Of a stretch of 32,000 bases of DNA, positions 1-7,561 are shown in pieces; positions within the stretch are counted from its first letter, which is position 1; every line of letters starts with the position of its first letter. The notes beneath the pieces were generated by a model, which saw only the letters and a program-made list of their open reading frames with translations, searched no databases and was not told the origin of the DNA. A program made the position numbers and the translations under genes. This stretch comes from Geotalea uraniireducens Rf4 (GTDB lineage Bacteria > Desulfobacterota > Desulfuromonadia > Geobacterales > Geobacteraceae), in assembly GCF_000016745.1 (NCBI RefSeq), contig NC_009483.1:1920001-1952000 (forward strand), in the 5' to 3' direction.

Positions 1-1
1 C

Positions 2-550
2 ACCAACCTGCTGACAGTTGGCACTTTTCGGATTTATTACCGGCTGCACTGGTTTCTTGCTGATCCCCACCCCGGCAACTTTATCTTCATGGAGGACGGC
101 CGGCTCGGAATGATCGACTTCGGCTGCACCCGGGCCATGACCGATGAGGAATGGCTTTTGATCTGCGAGTTGGAGAGGGCGACACTGGAACGGGACGAGG
201 CCCGTTTTAACCGGGCCACTGCCAAGGCCTGCCTTTTTGACGGCCCGGAGGAGATGGAGCCGGAGCGATTGGAGATCGTCCGGCGCGGGGTGTACTGGAA
301 CATGGAACCTTGGCTGAAAGAGGGGCGGCTATTCGATTTCGGCGACCGGGAATTCTTCATGCGTGGCGTCGATAGTCTCATGGAGATGACCCGCAAGCGT
401 TACACCCGCGGCTCCCCTTTGTACCTTTGGTCCAATCGCTTCGTTTTCGGGGGGAGGGCTATCTGTTACCGGATGAAGGGACGCTGCGAGTTCAGAAAAA
501 TCCATCAGCAGGAGTCTGCCTGGGTCCGCCAGGATCCGGCGCGAAGCTAA
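2..550 (+). CDS. ABC1/UbiB-family atypical protein kinase, C-terminal part (5' end lies upstream of the window)
   Basis: The frame is open from base 2. The translation starts TNLLTVGTFRIYYRLHWFLADPHPGNFIFMEDGRLGMIDFG, which carries the ADPHPGN catalytic-loop and DFG motifs typical of ABC1/AarF/UbiB kinases. Stop TAA at 548-550. Confidence 0.8.
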   Translation, partial: TNLLTVGTFRIYYRLHWFLADPHPGNFIFMEDGRLGMIDFGCTRAMTDEEWLLICELERATLERDEARFNRATAKACLFDGPEEMEPERLEIVRRGVYWNMEPWLKEGRLFDFGDREFFMRGVDSLMEMTRKRYTRGSPLYLWSNRFVFGGRAICYRMKGRCEFRKIHQQESAWVRQDPARS

Positions 551-655
551 CTCCCCCTAGCCCCCTCTTAGCTTAAGAGGGGGAACATAGACCATGCATT
601 TTAGGCCTTTTTCTCCTCCCCTTGGGCTAAGGGGAGGCTGGGAGGGGTTAGCGAT
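551..655. repeat. Composite G-run/C-run hairpin repeat element (copy A of a family also seen at 20112-20233)
   Basis: Hairpin ccccctctta(561-570)/taagaggggg(574-583) and hairpin cctcccctt(615-623)/aaggggagg(629-637). The left module ctccccctagccccctcttagcttaagagggggaacatag matches 20112-20150 at 34 of 39 nt. The right module ends ...ggggttagc in both copies. Confidence 0.7.
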
Positions 656-680
656 TCGACCGCAAAGGAGATCACTTACG

Positions 681-1370
681 ATGCTGAAACTCTGCGATGT
701 AATCAAGACCTACGACGGGAAGTCCGAGGTAACAGCCCTGACAGGGATAAACCTGACCATCGGGATTGGCGAGATGGTGGCGATCATGGGACCCTCCGGC
801 TCCGGCAAGTCGACGCTCTTGAACCTCCTAGGGGGGCTCGACGTCCCCACCTCCGGGCAGGTGGTGGTGGCGGGGAAGGACCTGGCCAAGGAGAACGAGA
901 AGGAGCGTTCCCTCTTTCGCCGCTCCAAGGTCTCCTACATCTTCCAGGCCTACCACCTGATGCCGACCTTGAAGGTGAGTCAGAACGTGGCCCTGCCGCT
1001 GCACCTGGCAGGCGTCCCAGCCGGGGAGATCACCCGGAAGGTCGCCCAGGTCCTCCGGGAGGTCGGACTTGAGGGGAGGGTAAACCATCTTCCCGACGCA
1101 CTCTCCGGGGGGGAGCGCCAGAGAGTCGCAATAGCCCGTGCCTTGGTCACCGGCGCGCCGCTGCTGCTGGCCGACGAGCCGACCGGCAATCTTGACACGG
1201 CCCGGGGAGAGGAGATCCTGAACCTGCTCCGCTCCATCCACCGGGAGCACGGAACCACCATCGTCATGGTCACCCACGACAACCATGCCGCCTCTGCTTG
1301 CGAAAGGCTGATCAAGCTCCGGGACGGAAGGGTGGAAGGGGATAGCTACGTGGCCGGAGGTGGCAGATGA
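681..1370 (+). CDS. ABC transporter ATP-binding protein, LolD/MacB/FtsE type
   Basis: Walker A GPSGSGKST, signature LSGGERQR, Walker B LLLADEPTGNLD, H-loop VTHD. AAGGAG lies 10 nt upstream of ATG 681. The longer ORF from 594 would read through the repeat element. The stop overlaps the next start (ATGA at 1367-1370). Confidence 0.9.
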   Translation: MLKLCDVIKTYDGKSEVTALTGINLTIGIGEMVAIMGPSGSGKSTLLNLLGGLDVPTSGQVVVAGKDLAKENEKERSLFRRSKVSYIFQAYHLMPTLKVSQNVALPLHLAGVPAGEITRKVAQVLREVGLEGRVNHLPDALSGGERQRVAIARALVTGAPLLLADEPTGNLDTARGEEILNLLRSIHREHGTTIVMVTHDNHAASACERLIKLRDGRVEGDSYVAGGGR

Positions 1371-3919
1371 GGTTTCTGCTGGCTACACTTTCTCTCTCCT
1401 ACGTCAGGCGACATGTGGCCAAGACCCTGCTTACACTCCTCGGCGTTGTGGTTGGCGTGGCTACCTTCAGCTCGATCAGGAGCGCCCAGGGGACCCTTGT
1501 CCAAGGGATACGCTCCACGGTTGACCGCGTCGCCGGCAAGGCCCAGCTCCAGATCACCATGGTGGGAGGGGTGCCGGAAGAGGTGCAGGAGAAGGTCCGC
1601 GAGCTTCCTGGTATCCGGGCCACCTCGCCGGTCATCGAACAGATCGTGGTCCCCGAGCGGGGGGAACTGGGCAGCCTCCTTGTCATCGGCATCGATCTTC
1701 TCGGAGACCGGGAGATGCGCGACTACGGTTTCGACGGCCAGGACGCCGACTTGGACGACCCGCTCCTCTTTCTTGCCCAGCCCGACTCGGCGCTCTTCAC
1801 CCGCCAGTTTGCAGAGAAGGCAAAGCTGAAAACAGGCGAAACCCTTTCTCTGCGCCTGCCTGCCGGGGTGAAGCGGGTTGCGGCGCGGGGACTGCTTACC
1901 CCCAAAGGTTTTGCCGAGGCGTTTGGCGGCAATCTGATGGTTGTGGATGTTTATGCCGCCCAGGAACTGTTCGGCAGAGGACGCCGCTTCGATCGGCTGG
2001 ACATCCGGCTTACCGAAGGGACCACTATTGCACAGGCGACCGCGACACTGGAAAAGGCGCTCGGCCCTGCCTACCGCATCGAGACGCCGGATCGTCGGGG
2101 GGAGCAGATGGAGCGGGTCGTCGCCAACTTTGTGGCCGGCTTCAACGTCTCGAGCGGCTTCGCCCTGTCCATAGGAACTTTCCTGATCTTCAATGCGTTC
2201 AACGTGGCGGTGAACCGCCGGCGGCGTGACATCGGCACGCTCCGCGCCCTCGGCGCTACCCCTCGCCAGGTACAGGCCCTCTTTCTGGCCGAGGCGCTGG
2301 TTATCGGAATCGTCGGAGGCATTTTGGGCTGCCTGGCCGGAACAACGCTTTCGCAAGGTTTTCTCCAGATGATGGGGCAGACGACGGAGACGGTTTATGG
2401 CGTAACAAGCTCCGGCGCGGTACACCTTCCTCCGGGGATTGCGTTGGAATCCATGGTTCTCGGCTTGTTGGCATCGCTCGTCGGCGCCTGGGGACCGGCA
2501 CTGGCGGCCTCCAGGATCTCACCGACCGAGGCGCTCGCCAAGGGGGCGTTCCAGGCGCGGCTCCCCGGCAAGGTTGCGTCTCGGGTCGCGGCCGGTTTGG
2601 TCGCCTTCGGTTGCGCGATCCTCCTTGCCCTGCACCCGCCTTTTGGGGGCAACCCGCTTATCCTTTCCGTTCTCCTCCTCGGCGGCACAGGGCTTGTGCT
2701 CCTCGTGGGACCCCTATCCCGTGCCTTGCTGCGCTTTTTCATCCCCGTCGTCGCGCGATTCGCGCCGGTTTCGGGCCGCCTCTCCTCGGACGCCCTTCTG
2801 GGTTCCCCCCGCAGGACCTCCGGGACGGTGATGGCGATGGCCCTTTCGCTCACCTTCGTCCTCGGTTTCGCTGGGTACATGGGGTCCACCAAGGCAACAA
2901 TGACGCGCTGGATGAACGATGCGCTCACCTGCGATCTCTTTGTGCGCGCATCCGCAAACTTCTCTCGTCCCGACTTCCTTTTTCCCGGTGAGCTGCGGGA
3001 GGAACTGCTAAAGGTGCCCGGGGTGCGAGCTGTGGAGAGCTACCGGGGAATACGGCCCCTCTATCGGGGGCATCAGATCCTGGTCGGTACCATCGAGGTC
3101 GGCCCCTTATTGGACCGGACCAACCTGGAATTCATCCAGGGGAACGCGGAATCAATGCGTCGTGGTGTGACACAGCAGGGGATGTGTACCGTCTCGGAGA
3201 ACTTTTTCCGGCGCTACGGGCTGGGCGTTGGACAGCAGGTGGAACTGGTCACCCCGAGCGGAACCGTGCGGTTCCCGATTGCGGCGGTGATCCGCGACTA
3301 CAGCTCCGACCAGGGGACGGTGAACCTGGACCGTACCCAATTCCTCCGTCTCTGGAAGGATGATCGTGTGGACATATTCGACGTCTCCGTGGTCCGTGGC
3401 GCAAATGTCGGCCAGGTGCGGGATGCTATCCGGGCGAAGCTCGCCGGGAGATTTCCCGCGCTCGTCTCCACCCGCCAGGAGTTCACCGCCGAGATCGGCA
3501 AGGCGATCGACGCTTTCTACGCCCTGACGCGGATCACGGTCTTCCTCGCCCTGCTGGTCGCTTTCCTCGGCATCGTCACTTCACTCCTCATTTCGGTGTC
3601 GGAACGGACCCGGGAGATCGGGATCCTGAAGGCGCTGGGGGCTTTGCGCTCCCAGATCGGCCGCAGCATCGTGGTCGAGGCGCTGGCCCTCGCTTTGACG
3701 GGACTCCTCCTGGCGCTCCCGGCCGGCAACCTCTTTGCCTTATTTATGGAGGGAGCCATAGCGGAGTTCTTCACCGGCTGGCGCATGCCCCACCATTATC
3801 CGTGGGAAATCCTGGTACAGCTCCTGGTCGCCTTGCCACTGATCTCGGCGTTTGCGGCCTGGATTCCCGCGCGCCAGGCGGGAAGGTTGAAGATCACCGA
3901 AGCGATAGAATACGAATAG
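1367..3919 (+). CDS. Fused ABC transporter permease with two FtsX-type domains (MacB/LolCE-like, 850 aa)
   Basis: Size and architecture fit: TM helix, large periplasmic domain and a 3-TM bundle, twice over. FtsX-type motifs RRRDIGTLRALGATPRQV and RTREIGILKALGALRSQI. Translationally coupled to the ATPase gene. Confidence 0.9.
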   Translation: MRFLLATLSLSYVRRHVAKTLLTLLGVVVGVATFSSIRSAQGTLVQGIRSTVDRVAGKAQLQITMVGGVPEEVQEKVRELPGIRATSPVIEQIVVPERGELGSLLVIGIDLLGDREMRDYGFDGQDADLDDPLLFLAQPDSALFTRQFAEKAKLKTGETLSLRLPAGVKRVAARGLLTPKGFAEAFGGNLMVVDVYAAQELFGRGRRFDRLDIRLTEGTTIAQATATLEKALGPAYRIETPDRRGEQMERVVANFVAGFNVSSGFALSIGTFLIFNAFNVAVNRRRRDIGTLRALGATPRQVQALFLAEALVIGIVGGILGCLAGTTLSQGFLQMMGQTTETVYGVTSSGAVHLPPGIALESMVLGLLASLVGAWGPALAASRISPTEALAKGAFQARLPGKVASRVAAGLVAFGCAILLALHPPFGGNPLILSVLLLGGTGLVLLVGPLSRALLRFFIPVVARFAPVSGRLSSDALLGSPRRTSGTVMAMALSLTFVLGFAGYMGSTKATMTRWMNDALTCDLFVRASANFSRPDFLFPGELREELLKVPGVRAVESYRGIRPLYRGHQILVGTIEVGPLLDRTNLEFIQGNAESMRRGVTQQGMCTVSENFFRRYGLGVGQQVELVTPSGTVRFPIAAVIRDYSSDQGTVNLDRTQFLRLWKDDRVDIFDVSVVRGANVGQVRDAIRAKLAGRFPALVSTRQEFTAEIGKAIDAFYALTRITVFLALLVAFLGIVTSLLISVSERTREIGILKALGALRSQIGRSIVVEALALALTGLLLALPAGNLFALFMEGAIAEFFTGWRMPHHYPWEILVQLLVALPLISAFAAWIPARQAGRLKITEAIEYE

Positions 3920-3946
3920 AGCAATGTCAATTTTAAGCTGGCCGTT

Positions 3947-4029
3947 CCCCCCTTTGAGAAAGGGGGGCAGGGGGGATTTCTCTGCGGCCAAAGGCAAATC
4001 CCCCTGAATCCCCCTTTCACAAAGGGGGA
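3947..4029. repeat. Cluster of three consecutive G-run/C-run hairpins downstream of the permease gene
   Basis: ccccccttt(3947-3955)/aaagggggg(3959-3967); gggggattt(3971-3979)/aaatccccc(3996-4004); tcccccttt(4009-4017)/aaaggggga(4021-4029). Confidence 0.7.
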
Positions 4030-4067
4030 CTTAATACCCGAAGACAGCTTATCGCTGCGGAGGTAAC

Positions 4068-4880
4068 ATGCACGAAAACAGATCAGTACGAAAAATCCTG
4101 CTCCTGTTAGCTTTGGCAGCGCTTTTGACCGCCATGTCCGCATGCCTTGCCTGGGGGGGCGCCGATGCCCGCGCGCTCCTCAAGGAGTCGGAGAATCGCC
4201 ACCGGACCCGAACCCAGCAGTACGCCGGGGATCTTACGGTGGTGAACAAGGATGGCAAGGTCCGCAAGAAGGGATGGAAGAGCTTTCGTGAAGGGTACGC
4301 CGGGGATGCCAGGAATCTTATCCGTTTCACCGACCCGCCGGAGGTGAAGGGGGTCGGTTTCCTTTCCCTATCCCGCTCGGCGGGGCAGAATCCGGACCAA
4401 TGGCTCTACCTGCCCTCCATGAAGCGGGAGCGGAGGATCGCGGCCCAGGACCGGGATGCCTCGTTCGTCGGAACCGACTTCAACTACGAGGACATGGAGG
4501 AGTTCGACCACGAGAAGTACAAGGTGGCGCTGCAAGGGGAAGAGACCCTGAACGGTTACCCCTGCTACGTCATTGCTGCAACTCCCCTGGAGAAGGGGGG
4601 GAAGTCGGTCTACGAGAAGAAGATCCTTTACCTGCGCAAGGACATCCTCTACCTGCTCCGTGAGGATCTCTACCGAAAAGGGGAGAAGGAGCCGACTAAA
4701 AGGCTCATCCTGTCCGACATTCAAAAAATCGACGGGCACTGGGTAGCGCGGAAAATGGAGATGAGCGACCTCAGGAAGGGGAGCAGGACGACAGTGCTCC
4801 TGAAGGAGATCGCCTTCGACAGGCCCCAGGCGGTGGGCCGCTTCACCCTCCGGAACCTGAATCGCGAGGGGGGGGATTGA
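4068..4880 (+). CDS. LolA-like outer-membrane lipoprotein-sorting family protein (probable lipoprotein)
   Basis: GGAGG precedes ATG 4068. Signal peptide with a lipobox-like AMSAC. The core WLYLPSMKRERRIAAQDRDASFVGTDFNYEDM is the hallmark of the LolA_like family. Confidence 0.85.
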   Translation: MHENRSVRKILLLLALAALLTAMSACLAWGGADARALLKESENRHRTRTQQYAGDLTVVNKDGKVRKKGWKSFREGYAGDARNLIRFTDPPEVKGVGFLSLSRSAGQNPDQWLYLPSMKRERRIAAQDRDASFVGTDFNYEDMEEFDHEKYKVALQGEETLNGYPCYVIAATPLEKGGKSVYEKKILYLRKDILYLLREDLYRKGEKEPTKRLILSDIQKIDGHWVARKMEMSDLRKGSRTTVLLKEIAFDRPQAVGRFTLRNLNREGGD

Positions 4881-6124
4881 CCAGTTTTCGGATCGCTGTT
4901 CGTCTTCTCATCCTGCTCCTGCTCATCCCTTCCCCGGCCCTGGCCCAGGGGATTTCCGGGTACGCCGAGGCGAAGGGGTTCGCCTACGACGGGCGTTCGA
5001 ACAGCCGCGACCCTTGGCTGCTCGGCTGGGGGACCCTCTTCGGCAAATGGGAGGAAAGGGTGGGTGGTGCGCAGCTTACCGCTTCGGTGCGCGGTGAATG
5101 GATCACCTCCGTTGAGCGGGGCACCCTCGTCTTCGACCCGGCCGACCGGCACATCAGGCGCGCTCCCTTATCGGTGCGGGATCTCTGGGTGCGACTCCCC
5201 CTCACTCCTTCCCTCGACCTCCAGCTGGGGCGTTTCCAGCTCGGTTGGGGGAAGACCGACGGCTACTCCCCGGCCGACGCCTTCCTTCCCCGCGATCTCT
5301 CCGACCCGTTCAGCGATGAGAAGCTTCCACTATGGGCCTTGCGCCTGAGCGGAGAGGAGGGGGCGTTCCGTTTCGAGGCGGTAGCTTCTCCCGTGACCAC
5401 CCCCTGGCGGCTCCCGGTGCTAGGCTCCAGGAACGCTCCGCTCACCGTGGAGGGATTCCCGGAGGGGACCGTCTTCAATGAGCTCGACACCCCTCCTCCA
5501 TGGGCAGGATTCGCCGCCCTGCGCCTCCTCGCCACCTTTGGCGAGTGGGACATTGGTGCGTGGGGTAGGTTCGGGGTGCGACCAGCGCCGCTCCTGGCGT
5601 TCCGTTTCGACCGGGCGACCCCGACCTCCACAGGTCTTGTCGTTCCCGTCGAGCGGCGTTACGCCAGGGAGGAGGGGGTCGGTGTCGAACTCTCCAGGAT
5701 TGTCGGCGCCTTTGTCCTGCGCGGCGAGGCGGCTGCCCTCTTCTCCGGAGATCGCGACCTGGGCAACGCCTATATCGGCTCCTTAAGTCTTGAACGGGGA
5801 TTCGGCGACGGCACCCTCCTTATCACCCTGGCGGGAAACGCCAAGACTACTCCAGTTGACGCGTCACTTCTCTTTGACCGGGCGATACTCCCCGTCCTTA
5901 TCACCGCATGGAACCGGACCGAGGAGTGGGGAGAATGGAAGCTGGTCTGGACCGCGGAGCTCAGGCACGGGGATGGCCTTCTCAAGGGGGAGGCGGGGTA
6001 TAACCTCACCGACCTCTGGAAGCTGACCATTGGGGGCGAACTCCCGTACGGCTCCGAAAAAGGCCCGTTCGGCACCCTCGATGCAGCCCGGCGGGTACAC
6101 GTGGCGCTGCGGCGAAGCTGGTGA
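4877..6124 (+). CDS. Putative outer-membrane beta-barrel protein (DUF1302-like flavour)
   Basis: The TTG start overlaps the preceding stop (TTGA). Clean signal peptide RLLILLLLIPSPALAQG. Motif LGRFQLGWGKTDGYSPADAF. Alternating beta-strand-like pattern and a C-terminal aromatic residue (..RRSW). Confidence 0.6.
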   Translation: MTSFRIAVRLLILLLLIPSPALAQGISGYAEAKGFAYDGRSNSRDPWLLGWGTLFGKWEERVGGAQLTASVRGEWITSVERGTLVFDPADRHIRRAPLSVRDLWVRLPLTPSLDLQLGRFQLGWGKTDGYSPADAFLPRDLSDPFSDEKLPLWALRLSGEEGAFRFEAVASPVTTPWRLPVLGSRNAPLTVEGFPEGTVFNELDTPPPWAGFAALRLLATFGEWDIGAWGRFGVRPAPLLAFRFDRATPTSTGLVVPVERRYAREEGVGVELSRIVGAFVLRGEAAALFSGDRDLGNAYIGSLSLERGFGDGTLLITLAGNAKTTPVDASLLFDRAILPVLITAWNRTEEWGEWKLVWTAELRHGDGLLKGEAGYNLTDLWKLTIGGELPYGSEKGPFGTLDAARRVHVALRRSW

Positions 6125-6184
6125 TACTGATATTGATTCTGCCGAAGGGGGATTGAGGCTGCCGGAGGCAACTTCCTCATTATT

Positions 6185-6193
6185 TGCTATACT
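6185..6193 (+). promoter_or_regulatory. Extended -10 element TGcTATACT, only 6 nt upstream of ATG 6200 (possible leaderless mRNA)
   Basis: tgctatact at 6185-6193. No Shine-Dalgarno sequence between it and the ATG. Confidence 0.3.
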
Positions 6194-6199
6194 TGTTTC

Positions 6200-6820
6200 A
6201 TGCGAAAAGAAGACCGGCTACGGCAGCTCATTGCCCAGGAATCAGCTCGTATCATGTATGAGGAGGGGGTAAAGGAGTACCGTGACGCCAAGCGGAAGGC
6301 GGCCAGGCAATTCGGTTCGGAAAAGGCCCTCTCCCTCGGTTCCCATCTTCCTTCCAATGCCGAGATCCATTACGAGCTGCAACGGCTCATCGGCATCTAT
6401 GAAGAGGACATTCTGCCGGAGCGGCTCCTCCACCTGCGGCTAACGGCGCTCCATTACATGGACATGCTGGCGTCGTTTCGCCCCCATCTGGTCGGTTCGG
6501 TCCTCTCCGGCGCGGTAACGGAACAGAGCGATATCGATCTCCATCTTTTTGCCGAGTCGAGCGAGGAGGTGGAGGAATTTCTGCACGGGGAGGGGATACC
6601 CTTCGAGCAGGAGGTCGTTACCATTCGCCATGGCGGGGAGTTCTTCGAATATCCCCATATCTACATGGAAGACGAAGGGGTGACCATCGAGTGTACCGTC
6701 TATCCACCGGAGGATATCCACCGGATCCCGAAGAGCAGCATCACCGGGAGGCCCATGGAACGGGCCACGGCTAAAAAAATGAGAAAAATCATCGCCGGGA
6801 TGGCGCAAACCATGGGCTGA
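6200..6820 (+). CDS. Nucleotidyltransferase (Pol-beta superfamily) domain protein with a helical N-terminal region
   Basis: GS..D.D-type motif VGSVLSGAVTEQSDIDLHLF. Conserved-looking N-terminus RLRQLIAQESARIMYEEGVKEYRDAKRKAARQFG. Confidence 0.65.
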   Translation: MRKEDRLRQLIAQESARIMYEEGVKEYRDAKRKAARQFGSEKALSLGSHLPSNAEIHYELQRLIGIYEEDILPERLLHLRLTALHYMDMLASFRPHLVGSVLSGAVTEQSDIDLHLFAESSEEVEEFLHGEGIPFEQEVVTIRHGGEFFEYPHIYMEDEGVTIECTVYPPEDIHRIPKSSITGRPMERATAKKMRKIIAGMAQTMG

Positions 6821-6860
6821 GCGGTTCATAGGTGAATGTCTTTCAGAGGAGGCACATGCC

Positions 6861-7136
6861 ATGCCAGGATATGTTAAGCCGGAAATGTTCGTGTTTTTAG
6901 TCATCGCCTTGTTCGGCGTGGCCGGCGGCTGGATGGCCGCAAACCGGGGGCGGAACTTTATCGGCTGGTGTCTGCTCTGCGCCATGTTCCCTATTTTTCT
7001 CCTCGTTATCTATTTTAATAAGCCGTTGCGCGAGGTGGAGGGGAAATTCAAGCTTTGCCCGAAGTGCGGGGAGTTCATCAAATGGCGCGAGCCGGTTTGC
7101 AAGTATTGCCGGACGGAGCAGCCGCCGAGGGAATGA
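6861..7136 (+). CDS. Small membrane protein with a C-terminal zinc ribbon
   Basis: GAGGAGG lies 8 nt upstream of the ATG. Two hydrophobic helices are followed by CPKCG...CKYC. Confidence 0.6.
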   Translation: MPGYVKPEMFVFLVIALFGVAGGWMAANRGRNFIGWCLLCAMFPIFLLVIYFNKPLREVEGKFKLCPKCGEFIKWREPVCKYCRTEQPPRE

Positions 7137-7148
7137 AAGAGCATCCCT

Positions 7149-7385
7149 TCACTTCCCGGAGCCGGCCTCTGTTTCCACCAGTTCCCATTGATCGCTGTTC
7201 ATGTCGTGCCGCAGCAGGTAGATATTGCCGTCGTCGGTGAGCACCTTGAAACAGTTATGGTCCATATCGTACCACCGGTCGACGATCTCCTTTACCTGGA
7301 AGGTCCGTTCCCCCCACAAGAAAGAGGTGGGGCGCTCGTCGGCCTTGTAGCCGGAGTAGGTCAGAACCCTGATTGGTATGTTCAT
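7149..7385 (-). CDS. Small hypothetical protein (78 aa)
   Basis: G-rich SD (aaaggggggaagag) directly upstream of the ATG. Non-biased, globular-looking sequence. I recognised no family. Confidence 0.5.
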   Translation of the reverse strand: MNIPIRVLTYSGYKADERPTSFLWGERTFQVKEIVDRWYDMDHNCFKVLTDDGNIYLLRHDMNSDQWELVETEAGSGK

Positions 7386-7420
7386 CTCTTCCCCCCTTTA
7401 GGGACTCGGAACTAACCAAT

Positions 7421-7561
7421 ATACCGTTTTACATCTCATCTTCAGGCCATCTTTGCCGCCCCTTCAATCGCAAAATCCTCAGCGTAGCCTTGCTACGCCT
7501 GCGGTTTTGCTCAATCAGGAACGACAAACCTGACCTAAATCTGAGCGTAAAACCTGGTATA
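7421..7561 (-). ncRNA. ~140-nt long imperfect hairpin (structured leader, 3'UTR element or MITE-like repeat)
   Basis: Arms at 7421-7462 and 7518-7560, plus an apical stem gcaaaa(7470-7475)/ttttgc(7505-7510) enclosing gcgtagc(7482-7488)/gctacgc(7492-7498). Five arm mismatches become G-U pairs only on the minus-strand transcript. Confidence 0.3.

Noticed and set aside
594-680. N-terminal extension of the ABC ATPase ORF (MHFRPFSPPLGLRGGWEGL...).
   Set aside because: The extension is a translation of the G-run/C-run hairpin repeat. A proper AAGGAG-N10-ATG start exists at 681, just before the conserved ABC N-terminus.
1346-2425. Long antisense ORFs opposite well-supported genes: 1346-2425 (-), 8243-9334 (+), 18126-19460 (-), 21423-22157 (-), 9699-10277 (-), and many shorter ones in the track.
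   Set aside because: Each lies entirely opposite a gene with clear family motifs. Their translations are Arg/Gly/Pro/Ala-rich with no recognisable motifs or SD sites. This is the usual stop-codon-poor antisense frame of high-GC DNA.
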